A stretch of 60,885 nucleotides of DNA, counting the filler, from Candidatus Babelota bacterium (GTDB lineage Bacteria; JAGOBX01), in assembly GCA_017999075.1 (NCBI GenBank). It is 11 parts of 11 records of this genome, joined end to end, with 100 filler letters (N's around TTAATTAATTAA, not from the genome) between each part and the next. Parts side by side here need not be neighbours in the genome. Positions count along the whole stretch, not along the records: positions 44,656 to 48,667 come from JAGOBX010000390.1; positions 48,768 to 52,761 come from JAGOBX010000391.1; positions 52,862 to 56,848 come from JAGOBX010000392.1; positions 56,949 to 60,885 come from JAGOBX010000393.1; 7 more parts are not named here. The stretch is one strand, 5' to 3'. Under the pieces are notes generated by a model. That model saw nothing but the letters and a program-made list of their open reading frames with translations, had not been told where the DNA came from and made no database searches. Position 1 is the stretch's first letter. Each line of letters begins with the position of its first letter. The translations under genes and the position numbers were made by a program. Of this stretch, positions 46,243-57,997 are shown piece after piece.

Positions 46243-48667
46243 TTGACTGCTGTGAATAATTTTTTCAGAAAATGTTTTAATATAGATAAATTTTTGAAAT
46301 TAACAAACCATTGTTATAACATTTCGAATGTTAATTTTTCGTGCGCTTCAATGTTTGCAGCTTCGTTGTCTGAATGCTGTTCAGAATCGGAGACATCTGT
46401 TTTTGTTTTGCCTGAAGAAAAATATGTTGACAGGTTTTTTTTTGAAACGTCAGACATATTTTCAGGATTGTATATTTTACCTATAGTTAATACAGAAAAA
46501 TATTCAAATTCGATAATTGACTCTCTAATAAAATTTACTTCTCGCGATACCTTGAAAAAAATAATAATTCTTACCCCTCAATCCTTTGATATAAAATATC
46601 CGGATAAACAAAATATAAAAAAACATATAATAGAATTAAAAAAAGATTTTGATTATAACACGTCAGACATTCTTAATTTTCTTGAAAAAAATGGGTTTGA
46701 ACATGTTGATATAGTAAGAGAAAAAAATAATTATTCTGTTCGAGGCGGAATAATTGATGTTTTTCCTGAATATATAGACAAACCTTTCCGCCTTGATTTT
46801 TTTGGCGATACATTGAGTTCTATAAGAAATTTTGATGAAAATTCTCAAAGATCAATAAACGAATTGGATTCTGCAGTGATTTTGCCGCGGCTGGAAAATA
46901 TAGAATGCGATGAAAGTTTAGAAACTTTTTTTTATGATAAGAATGTAGTATTCGTATATGAACCTGTGTTATGTAAAAAAAATTATAAAGGAGATTATGA
47001 TAGAGTTATAAATTCGGTTTCAAGTAAGATTAAATTTAATTTGAGTTTGCTTGGCGAGTCTGACATAGAAAATTCTATTCCTTTAAATGTTGATTCTAAT
47101 ATAATTTTTAATGCTAACAACACAGCAGCAATTTTGAATTCTGCAGTATACAACAAAAAGAATATAGTATTATCCGCAAATTACGATTCTCAGATAAACA
47201 GGTTGATCAATATTCTTGAATCAAATAAATTTCAGTATAAAAAAATTGAAGGATTCAATGATATTGACCTGAAAAACAAAAACTTTATATTTATTGTAAA
47301 ATCGAATATAATAGAACCGTTTGAAATTCTTGGCGAAAATATTCTGATATTGCCTGAATCCAGTTTTTCAAGCGGAAGACATATTAAAAATAAATCACAT
47401 CTTATTGAATACGAATCAATTCCGTATCATAGTTTTTCAGAACTTAATGAGAACGATTTTGTTGTTCATATAGATTATGGAATAGGGATTTACCGAAAAA
47501 TTGAAACAATTGAAATTGATGGAAAAAATCAGGATTTTCTTTTGATTCAATACGCTGATGATGGTCAATTATTTTTGCCTGTAGAACATCTTAACAAAAT
47601 TCAGAAGTATATAGGAGATAGTGAAACCAATCCTGCTTTATATAGACTCGGCGGTTCTGCATGGCAGAAGGTAAAATTGAAAGCAAAAAAAGAAATCGGC
47701 AGAATAGCGGCTGAACTGGTTGAATTGTATGCCCGCCGTGAAATAAAAACGGGAATAAAATTTTCAAGAGATACTCCGTGGCAACTTGAATTTGAAGAGG
47801 AATTTTCATGGGAAGAAACCAGAGATCAGTTGAAAGTTATTGATGAAGTTAAGCGAGATATGGAATCGGAAAAAGTTATGGATAGATTGGTATGCGGAGA
47901 TGTCGGATACGGAAAAACAGAAATTGCCGTAAGAGCTGTATTTAAATCTGCCGGCTCAGGTTATCAGTCGGCAGTAATAGTTCCAACTACAATATTAGCG
48001 AGCCAGCACTATAACACTTTTAAAGACAGGTTTTCAAATTATCCGTTTAAAGTTGAAGTTATAAGCAGATTTAAATCAAAAACAGAACAAAAACAGATTT
48101 TGAAAAAATTGGAAACAGGGGAAATTGACGTTATTATCGGGACTCACAGGCTGCTGCAGAAAGATGTTAAATTTAAAAAAATCGGGCTGCTGATAATAGA
48201 TGAGGAACAACGGTTCGGAGTAAAACATAAAGAGCGGATTAAACAAATGAAAAGCAACATAGATGTATTATCTATGACGGCTACTCCGATACCCAGAACT
48301 TTACATATGTCGCTTATGGGAATAAGGGATATAAGCGTTATTACTACTCCGCCTAAAGGGAGAATACCTATTGAAGTTATTGTTGCTGAAGACACTGATG
48401 AAGTAATAAGAACAGCAGTAATGAATGAAATGGAGAGAAAAGGCCAGATATATTGTATTCACAATAGAATTGAGAACATAAAAAATATAGAATCAAGACT
48501 GAACAGAATAGTTCCTGAAGCAAGAATCGCTGTAATTCACGGAAGACTTGATCCTGAACAAATAGAAGATGCGATGATAGATTTCATAGAAAAAAAGTAC
48601 GACATACTTTTGGCAACTACAATTATAGAAAACGGTTTGGATATACCAAATGTTAATACTTTAATAA
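46243..48667 (+). CDS. mfd: Transcription-repair coupling factor (3'-truncated)
   Basis: VRGGIIDVF, VVHIDYGIG, MDRLVCGDVGYGKTE, DEEQRFGV.HKE, TATPIPRTL. Confidence 0.96.
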
Positions 48668-48767
48668 NNNNNNNNNNNNNNNNNNNNNNNNNNNNNNNNN
48701 NNNNNNNNNNNTTAATTAATTAANNNNNNNNNNNNNNNNNNNNNNNNNNNNNNNNNNNNNNNNNNNN
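48668..48767. other. Artificial contig linker
   Basis: N44-TTAATTAATTAA-N44. Confidence 0.99.
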
Positions 48768-48768
48768 G

Positions 48769-51700
48769 AAAACAAACGGAGGCAAAAAAATAGCCGGATT
48801 AAGCGCGTTCGGATTCAGCGGAACTAATGTGCATTGTATAATAGAAGAACCTCCATCAGAATTAAAAGGATATGAATCTGAAAATTATATTCTTCCAGTA
48901 TCAGCGAAAAGTAAGAACGCGTTAAATGATTTAATCAAAAAATATATAAAATTTATAAAAAACCATTCTGATGTTAAACCAGGAGATTTATGTTATACAG
49001 CTGCTGTCGGCAGGCGGCATTTTGAAAACAGAATAGCTGTTATGGGTAAAAACCTGCAGGAAATAGAATCCACGTTAGAGGAATTTCTTAACAACGATAA
49101 GGTTCAAAAACAGGAAATTATGAAACCGGAGAATAAAAAAATAGTATTTTTATTTTCAGGTCAGGGCTCGCAATACTCCGGTATGTTAAAGGATTTATAT
49201 GATAAGAATAAAATATTTAAGGATTCAATGGACAAATGTTTTAATGAATCGGCCAGGTATCTTGAACTTCCGCTTTACGATGTTTTATACACTGAAAAAT
49301 ACGGTAAAGAATTGATCAACCGCACTGATTATGCGCAGCCTGCAGTATTGGCAATTGAATATTCGCTGACAGAATTTTGGAAGAGTATAGGCATTATTCC
49401 TGCAATAGCAATGGGGCACAGTATAGGCGAAATCAGCGCAGCATTAATAGCTGGCAGTATGACATTGGATGATGCGATGAAACTTGCATGTCTGAGAGGC
49501 AGACTGATGAATTCAGCTATTGGAGCTGGAGAAATGTATGAATTGTTTTCGAGTGAAACTATAACACAGGAGTTGATCGAACCGTTTAAAAATAATATAT
49601 CAATAGCAGCATTAAACAGTCCTAACAATACTGTCATATCCGGATATAAAGAACAAATGCAGAAGATAATAGAAATCTGCGAGCAAAGAAAAATAAAATA
49701 TAAAAAATTAAATGTTTCACATGCTTTTCATTCTCAGCAGATGGATAGCGTTCTTGATGAATTCGAAAAAATTGCTGGGGAAATAACCTTTAAAAAACCT
49801 GAAATTCCGGTAATATCGGATTTGAGCGGTAAAATAGCATCAGGTGAAGAATTATTGACTGCAGGATACTGGCGCAGGCATTTAAGGAATACGGTCAGAT
49901 TTACGGATGCTGTTAAAACGCTTGAAGATATGGGTTATACTATTTTTCTTGAGATAGGCGCAAAATCTCCATTGACATATCTCGGGACATTAAATTCTGT
50001 CAATAAGAATTCAATTTTTATAGCAAGTCAGCCTCGGGGCATAGAGGGAACTTCTGGTTTATATTCTGCGATAATATCATTATATACTGCAAATATATTT
50101 GATGATTGGCGTAGATTTTTCGGAGCAGGAAAATATCGGAAAATTGATTTGCCGTATTACGCGTTTCAAAAAAGCGAGTATAAAATGGATGTAATGCGCA
50201 GCCAGCGATTAAGACAAGATTCTCAGCATTCGGTTATGACTCATCCTTTTATAGGCAGGCGCAATGAAACGCCTATACTCGAAAATGTTGTAACATATGA
50301 CACTGTATTTAACGGGCAAAATCCTGATTTTGCCAAAGAACATATAATTTTTGATACTATAATTTTACCAGGATCTGCGCATATATCAATGCTTTTATCT
50401 GCAATGCAGCTGGATTTTAAAGCTGCACCTTTCATTATAGAAGATTATAATTTTATATCGCCTATAACGTTGACGGATGAAGAAGAACAGCAGGTATTGC
50501 TTATAATCAACAAACAAACTGTACCCATAACAGCGGAAATTTACAGTAGAATATCAGGAGATAACGATGTTTGGCAGAAACGAAGTTACGGAATTTTAAA
50601 TTCGGAAAATAATATGACCTCGGAAAAAATAAATTTGGCTGAAATAAAAAAAATGTGCCCGAAAGAAAAATCGGTATCCGAAATTTTTGAACAAATGCAG
50701 AAAGCCGGATATGATTTGGGTAAACATTTTTTCAGATTTAAAGAAATGTTTCAGGGCGATAATCATTCATTATGCAAACTGGATTTAAGCGAAAAAACAA
50801 TATTCTCGAAAAAATATGCGATTCATCCGGGATTGCTTGATACGATTTTTCAATGTTCGCTGCCGGCCAATGATAAAATTCTTGAAAATATGTTCCTTAA
50901 TAATAAGGCGATAATTCCAATATATTGCAGGCAGTTAAAGTTTTATGACGTTCTTCCGGCAGGTAAAGAATTATATGCGTATGCAAAAATAAATTCGTTA
51001 ACATCGTTGTTTGTATCGACTGACATCATAGTTTTTGACAGTTCGGGAGAAATATATATTGAAATAAATGATTTTTCTATAAGATATACTGACAGATTAG
51101 TGTTATACAGAGAATTGAATAAGAATTATTCTAATTATATGTTTTCATTAAATTGGCTGCCGGAAAAAAATATACGCATTGAAACTACTCCTTCAACAAT
51201 ACAGGAAAGTTATTTGATATTTTCTGAAAATAATGATGATTTTCAAAATTTAAGTAAAAAATTATCAGCAGATATAACTAAAATATCGCATTCTTCAGGT
51301 TATACTATGATCAACGCAAACGAGTTTAATATAAACTACGGAAAAATTGAAGATTTTGCATTATTATTTGAAGCATTACGCCATAGAAAGAATCTTGACG
51401 ATTTGAAAATATTGATTTTTATCGATGATTGCTTGCAATCAGGCGAAAATATAGACACAGTAATTGCCGAAAAAGAAGCGTTTATAAATATAAATCTTTT
51501 ATTAAATTTGTTGAAAACAATAAAAAGAGCAGGCAATAAAATTAAGATATTTATATTTACGAAAAATGTTAACGGGTTAAATTCCGGGAATATTTCAATC
51601 ACTGCAGCTCCTGTATGGGGAATATTCAGGACAATGATAAATGAAACTCCTGAAATAGCGGGAGGAATAATTGATTTGCCAGTAACCGGAATGAAAAATA

Positions 51701-52761
51701 TTGACGATAGAATTGTTGAAATATTAAAATCAGAGGTATGCGCGCGGCAGATAATTATAAATGAACAAAATGAAATATTAACGCCTTCGATTGAAAAAAT
51801 TGATAATTTAATGATGCCTAAAAAAGATATTTATATATATCCTGATGCTACTTACTTGATAACCGGCGGTTATGGAGCGATAGGTAAAAGCATTACACGA
51901 TGGCTTGTAGAACTTGGTGCGAAAAATATTGTGCTGCTTGGCAGGACAGGAGCAAGCGCAACGGATAAAATATTCATTGAAAAATTTTATAACCAGGGTG
52001 TAAATATTAAGGTTGAATCAGGAGATGTGTCTAATCCGGAAGATATCAAGCTATTAATGGAGCGGATAAATAACGATATGCCGGAACTTCGCGGAATATT
52101 CCATACAGCAGGCGTGCTTCAGGACGCTATACTTTTAAATCAAACGGAAATGCATTTCAGAAATGTGATGAATCCGAAATTTTTAGGCAGTATAAATCTC
52201 TATAATACATTTATGAAAAAAAAATTAGATTTCATAATATTATTTTCGTCGTTTTCTTCTATAATAGGAAGTCAGGGACAGGCGAATTATGCAGCGGCAA
52301 ATATGTGTTTAAATAGTTTTGCCGGATATATGAAACAAAAAAATATAAATGCTTACAGCATAAGCTGGGGACCTTGGTTGGGCGGGGGTATGGCTGACGG
52401 ATCGCAGGACCGCATTTCAAATATTAGGCAGATGGGATTAAAAGGATTCAAACCGAACGATGGATTGCAGATATTATCCAAAATAATTACATTTGATGAT
52501 TATTCACCGATAGCTGTGGATTGCGACTGGCAGCAAGTTGCTAAAAAAACAAACAGCAGTATGAATTATTTATTTTCAAATTTTGTAAAACAGGAAAAAT
52601 CAGAAGAAAAAATTGAGAATGAATCTGAAAAAATCGAGGATATTTCAAAAATTTATAAAATGCTGGGAAATACTGAATTTGAAAAGAAAGAACATTTGAA
52701 AAATTATATTTTATCAGCCGCTGCTGAAATAATGGAACAGAAAGATCAATCTTGCATATCT
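48769..52761 (+). CDS. Type I modular polyketide synthase fragment (KS C-term, AT, DH, KR, start of ACP); truncated at both ends
   Basis: AGLSAFGFSGTNVHCIIEE (KS end), FSGQGSQ, GHSIGE, SHAFHS (AT), HPFIG / H.IF...ILPG and HPGLLD (DH), TGGYGAIG, HTAGVLQD, GQANYAAAN (KR). Confidence 0.95.
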
Positions 52762-52861
52762 NNNNNNNNNNNNNNNNNNNNNNNNNNNNNNNNNNNNNNN
52801 NNNNNTTAATTAATTAANNNNNNNNNNNNNNNNNNNNNNNNNNNNNNNNNNNNNNNNNNNN
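52762..52861. other. Artificial contig linker
   Basis: N44-TTAATTAATTAA-N44. Confidence 0.99.
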
Positions 52862-53056
52862 TAATGTGTAATAATTTCACATAAATTCAGCAAAAACATT
52901 CTTTTTTTTGTTTTATAAAAATATATTATTTAATAACAATATAATAATAAATCTGTTAATAAAACAAAAAAAATATAATAAACGAATAATTATTGCATTT
53001 TATTTAATTCTATTATAAAAATTATTATATTAAAAAATCCGGGGAGGAGTCTTATT

Positions 53057-55126
53057 ATGAAAAAATTTATTTTTATATTTATTATATTAATTAATTTTGT
53101 ATTATTATATGCTGCAGACTTACAGGTTAACGTAGATAAAGTTATCGGTACTGTTAAAATTGCTAAATCAGGCGCATCTTCAAGAACTGTACTAAAACCT
53201 GGAGATTCAGTATCCCAAAATGATGTAATAACCACATATTTTAACTCAAAATTAACTTTAACAATAGAAAATAAAGCAAAACTTGTAATTAATGAAAACA
53301 GCACTGTAGATTTAAAAACTCTTCAATATGACCCTGCTACCGGTGATTATAAAGCTGATATAAAAATGTGGATAGGAAAAATACAGACTAAAGTCAATAA
53401 ACTTTCTTCTGAAAACAGTAAATTTACAGTTTCTACACCTACAGCAGTATGCGGTGTCAGAGGCACACAATTTACTGTAAATGTTGATGAGGACGGAAAA
53501 ACTACTCTTGGCGTTAAGGAAGGTTCAGTTGAACTCGCACCTATACAAAATCAAGCAAAATCCGTTTTAGTTGAAAAACAACAGGTTACTCAATCAGATG
53601 GTTTATCAGCATCTCAACCTAAATCTTTAGATGCTAAAACTCAAGCAGAACTTTTTTCTGAAAACCTTGAAACTTCTTCAGCTCCTGATAATAACATAAA
53701 ACCTCAAGGTTCAGAGTTAACATTACAGCAGCCTGCTGATAACACAACTTCTGCAAAACTCAATCTTTTAGTTCAAGAACCTAAAAATAATATTGTAACT
53801 AAATCTGCGAATGTTACTGTACGCGGCACAATAGAACCTGTTAATGCCGAATTATTCGTTAACGGAAACAAAATATTAAACAATAAAGGAAATTTTTCGA
53901 CAGATATAATTCTCAACGAAGGTAAAAACAATATTAAAATTACTGCCCGGGACATAGTCAAAAACGAAGAAATTTCAAATGATATTCAAATTGTTGTTGA
54001 TACTCAAAAACCCAATATTAAAATTATTAAAAAAACTATCGATGATTTAGGAAATATAGAAATTATTGGAGCCACAGAACCGGATGCAGAAGTTATTATT
54101 AATAACAAATATACTATAAAATCAAATGAAACCGGGGCTTTCAATAAAAAATTCAAACTTGAATCAGGTACTTCTATAGAAATAGAAGTTCGCGATAAAG
54201 CCGGCTGGATAAACAATTCTTCTGAAGATATTTCAGGAATAATAGATCAGCTGCCTCCTGTTCTCTCTTCAATTACAATTCAACCTGAAAATGCATCAGC
54301 CGGTCAATTGTTAAATATTAATATCTCATTTCAGGATAACAGCGATATTAAAAACAATGCTTATCTAATTATTTCAGGTCCAAACAATTATTCAAGAAAA
54401 ATTCAATTATCTAAAATCGACAAAACAAATTTTACTGTAAATTTCAGTTTTGAAACAAACGTAAAAAACGGTTCTTATCTTATATCTTCTGTATTTGCCG
54501 AAGATGCCAAAAACAATTCAATTATTCTTCAGCCAAATAAATCTATTACAGTAATTAATGAACCTCCATTAGTGATTTCAGGCATCAAAGCAGAAGCTCT
54601 TCCTGAAGGAAAATGTATAATTTTATCATGGGATATGCTTCAGGAAAATGACATTGCAGGATATAAAATTTTTCGAGCAAATACTCCAAACGGTCCTTTT
54701 ACACAAACTGCTTTGGTTTCTTCAAACTCATATATGGACAAATCAGTTGAAAACAATTCTGCTTATTATTATTATGTCTCTGCTATTGATTACGCCAATC
54801 AGCAGGGAAAAAATTCAGCTATAGTGTCTGCAATATCAAAAAATTTAACTAAACCTATGCCGCCGCAAATGTTGTCAGCAGAAAAAATCAGTAATGGAAT
54901 TCATATTGAATGGGCTCCTTCTCAAAGCCAGGACATTGCTGGATATTATATATATGTAATTGAAAATAATATGCCTATAAAAATAGGGCAGACTAATTCA
55001 ACTACAATTTCATTTAATCACAACAGCGGATTACAACCTAATAAAACATATAATTATGCGGTTTCAGCAATAGGATTAAATTCTAAAGAAAGCGAAAAAT
55101 CAAATATTTTATCCGTAAAATGGTAA
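53057..55126 (+). CDS. Secreted FecR-domain protein with Ig-like and FN3 repeats
   Basis: Signal peptide; TPTAVCGVRGTQF.V...V.EG.V FecR motif; L.EG.N.I.ITA.D Ig-like; two FN3 repeats; GGAGGAG SD. Confidence 0.85.
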   Translation: MKKFIFIFIILINFVLLYAADLQVNVDKVIGTVKIAKSGASSRTVLKPGDSVSQNDVITTYFNSKLTLTIENKAKLVINENSTVDLKTLQYDPATGDYKADIKMWIGKIQTKVNKLSSENSKFTVSTPTAVCGVRGTQFTVNVDEDGKTTLGVKEGSVELAPIQNQAKSVLVEKQQVTQSDGLSASQPKSLDAKTQAELFSENLETSSAPDNNIKPQGSELTLQQPADNTTSAKLNLLVQEPKNNIVTKSANVTVRGTIEPVNAELFVNGNKILNNKGNFSTDIILNEGKNNIKITARDIVKNEEISNDIQIVVDTQKPNIKIIKKTIDDLGNIEIIGATEPDAEVIINNKYTIKSNETGAFNKKFKLESGTSIEIEVRDKAGWINNSSEDISGIIDQLPPVLSSITIQPENASAGQLLNINISFQDNSDIKNNAYLIISGPNNYSRKIQLSKIDKTNFTVNFSFETNVKNGSYLISSVFAEDAKNNSIILQPNKSITVINEPPLVISGIKAEALPEGKCIILSWDMLQENDIAGYKIFRANTPNGPFTQTALVSSNSYMDKSVENNSAYYYYVSAIDYANQQGKNSAIVSAISKNLTKPMPPQMLSAEKISNGIHIEWAPSQSQDIAGYYIYVIENNMPIKIGQTNSTTISFNHNSGLQPNKTYNYAVSAIGLNSKESEKSNILSVKW

Positions 55127-55169
55127 AATATAATATTAGAAATTTTATAAAAAATTGAACTATTGAACT

Positions 55170-55213
55170 TAAACGGAATGTTTCCAAATGGACATTAGGA
55201 AACATTCCGTTTA
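55170..55213. terminator. Bidirectional hairpin terminator between convergent genes
   Basis: TAAACGGAATGTTTCC...GGAAACATTCCGTTTA inverted repeat. Confidence 0.75.
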
Positions 55214-55286
55214 TTTTTTATTCATAACTAAAAATAATATTACAGCATAATAAAATAAACCTATTTACTCAAATTCCAAATTCTAT

Positions 55287-56711
55287 TCAATATGTTATTT
55301 CAAACTTTTTCAGTCTTGCAATTTCGGATATAGTTTTTATAATAGCTGAATCAAGTGTATTTTTACTTGAAAGATTTTGAATATGATCAGCTGCGTATTT
55401 TTCCCGTTCTTTCGACAATTGATTTATTTTATGCTGAATCAAAGCACGTTTTTTTTTCAAGTTATCCAGATATTTTTTACGTTCTTCAAAATTCATTTTT
55501 TTCAATTCTTCCGGTACCTCTTCTTCTTTCATAGTATGCAAAATTTCTTCATCAGTTTCATAAGCATCTACCAAATCCCAATCTTCATTTTTGTAAACTG
55601 ATTTTGATTTTACCGACGCACGCTGCACTGCTATTTCAGAATTTACACTCATCGCATTATAATCTTGTTTCAATTGATTTAATTTTTTTGATTCTCCTGT
55701 TCTTCCATATCCGATGTATGTTAAGTTAAGTTCATTGTTCAATTTAATTATTTCAGTGTCCTGCGGAGCGGATACGGCAACTATTATCTGGTTGTGATCT
55801 ATATTTATATATTTCCCATCGGCAATATCTGCCCCTTCTTTCCAATATGTCCTTACTCCTTCATCATAATTTCCGCAAAAAATCGTGTTAACAATAATTG
55901 ATTTTTTAATTGCTGCTTTACATGACTTTCTGAAATCCACTATATTTTGCGCCTGGTTGAACGGTTCATTGCCAGCTATAAAAATAAGTTTTAAATCTTC
56001 AGGCGAAGCACTCCAGTTCAATGATTCTACAGCAGACCTGATTACCCAACCGCAATATTCGTTGCCGCCGTTTGTTTTTAATTTAAATAACTCATCTGAA
56101 ATCAAATCAAGATCAGTTGTAAATTGCGATACCATACGTATAAATCCTTCTTCAGATTCAAGAGAATTTTTTCCATATTCAAACAATGACACATTTAATT
56201 CAGGAGATATTCCGTATTTTTTCGCTGATGCAAGTTCATTAACAATTTTCCATAATTGAGATTTCGCCTGATCAATCAATCCGTCCATACTATTGCTTGT
56301 ATCAAGCAGTAGCGCAATTTGTATCAAAGGTTTATTTAAATTTTCAGCTTCATCTGATCCATAGAATTCTTTGTCTTCCTGATTTATTATCCTATATGAC
56401 TTTACATTAATCTCTCCTGTCCAATCTCTTTTTTTCAATATATCACATTCAACTTCTATTATTTTTCCATCAAGTTTTTTATATTCATCAGGTAATCCGT
56501 TTAAAATCCTATATGTTTTCTTTGATCTTGATTTCCAATTATTTATCAAATAAATATAATTTTCATCCGTTACACTTATTTTTCCGATAATCACACTGTG
56601 TTTTTTTCCGTTATCTTTAAAATATGGTTCTGATTTAACAAAAGACGTATTCCCCGTAAAAAAATAAACTGCAAAAAAAATAAATAAAAATAATTGTTTT
56701 AAAAAATTCAT
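55287..56711 (-). CDS. Secreted von Willebrand factor A domain protein
   Basis: Signal peptide; LLLDTSNSMDGLI MIDAS motif; GGNEYCG, IAGNEPF. Confidence 0.85.
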   Translation of the reverse strand: MNFLKQLFLFIFFAVYFFTGNTSFVKSEPYFKDNGKKHSVIIGKISVTDENYIYLINNWKSRSKKTYRILNGLPDEYKKLDGKIIEVECDILKKRDWTGEINVKSYRIINQEDKEFYGSDEAENLNKPLIQIALLLDTSNSMDGLIDQAKSQLWKIVNELASAKKYGISPELNVSLFEYGKNSLESEEGFIRMVSQFTTDLDLISDELFKLKTNGGNEYCGWVIRSAVESLNWSASPEDLKLIFIAGNEPFNQAQNIVDFRKSCKAAIKKSIIVNTIFCGNYDEGVRTYWKEGADIADGKYINIDHNQIIVAVSAPQDTEIIKLNNELNLTYIGYGRTGESKKLNQLKQDYNAMSVNSEIAVQRASVKSKSVYKNEDWDLVDAYETDEEILHTMKEEEVPEELKKMNFEERKKYLDNLKKKRALIQHKINQLSKEREKYAADHIQNLSSKNTLDSAIIKTISEIARLKKFEITY

Positions 56712-56848
56712 GTTAATTCAACTCCTTAAATTTCAACTTTCAACAATAATTAGAGATTATTTTTTGTTTTTTGTTCAAGATTATTTTTCAAAAAATAAAA
56801 ATAGCAAATTTTGTTCTTAAAAATAAAACATTATTATGGAACTGTTTC

Positions 56849-56948
56849 NNNNNNNNNNNNNNNNNNNNNNNNNNNNNNNNNNNNNNNNNNNNTTAATTAA
56901 TTAANNNNNNNNNNNNNNNNNNNNNNNNNNNNNNNNNNNNNNNNNNNN
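56849..56948. other. Artificial contig linker
   Basis: N44-TTAATTAATTAA-N44. Confidence 0.99.
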
Positions 56949-57642
56949 GAACATCGCCACGGACTATACGTTGAGCCAATCCTTCTACAATAGCAGTTTT
57001 ACCAAATCCAGGTTCTCCTATAAGCACAGGATTATTTTTAGTTTTCCTTGACAAAATACGTATAACTCTCCGTATTTCTTCATCCCTGCCTATAACAGGT
57101 TCTAACTTTCCTGATTTTGCAAATTCAACTAAATCCCTGCCATACTTTACCAAAACTTCAAAAGTAGATTCCGGATCTTGTGAAGTTACACGCTGGTGTC
57201 CTCTGATTTCAGATAAAAATTTTAAAAACAAATTTAATGTTATGCCCTTTTTATTCAATATTTTTACTGAATTTGATTTGGGTAATTCCTTAAAAAGACC
57301 TATAATTAAATGTTCTACTGATACAAACTCATCTTTCATTTTTTCAGATTCTTCACGCGCAGCTGTCATTAATCTTGCAAGTTCTGCAGATAATGCGATT
57401 TGCTGCTGGCCTGAACCGTAAACAGAAGGAATTTTATCGAGTTCTATATTTATATCATTTTTTAAATCAACCAAATTAATATTCATTGATTGAAATATTT
57501 TCGAAACCAATCCGTCTTCTGTTTCAATCAGCGAAAGCAGTAAATGTTCAGGCATAATTTGCTGATGATGTTTTCTCAAAGCTAAAGACTGAGCATATGA
57601 TAAAGCTTCCTGAGATTTTGTTGTAAATTTATTTATATCCAT
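56949..57642 (-). CDS. clpB: ClpB chaperone (3'-truncated)
   Basis: [62 protein letters not shown]. Confidence 0.95.
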
Positions 57643-57997
57643 AATTTTCCTCCGGATTTTGATAATTAAATAAACTGTTCTCTTAAAATATTGCCCATTT
57701 TATTATTTTGTTAATAAAATGATCAGCAATCCCAATTCAATATAAAACAATTATTATCATAATTATTATTATCAAGATGTTATTTTTGAGGGATGATTTT
57801 TTTTATTGACACATTGTCCATAAACAAGACTTTTTTATAAAACAATTTGTCAGTAATGCAAGTCAATTATGGCAGTATTATGGACAATAATAAAATAATA
57901 TCAATGATATTAGATGTGTTTTTTTTCATCTATTTTTATAAAATTTATTTAATGCCGCGTAAGTGCCCTGCTAAGGCGTAAGTCTCAATACTGATGC

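Noticed and set aside
4091..56948. Regularly recurring TTAATTAATTAA within N runs, resembling a repeat array
   Set aside because: Artificial contig-joining linkers; all cross-linker gene adjacencies (e.g. mfd-PKS, response regulator-cassette) are meaningless
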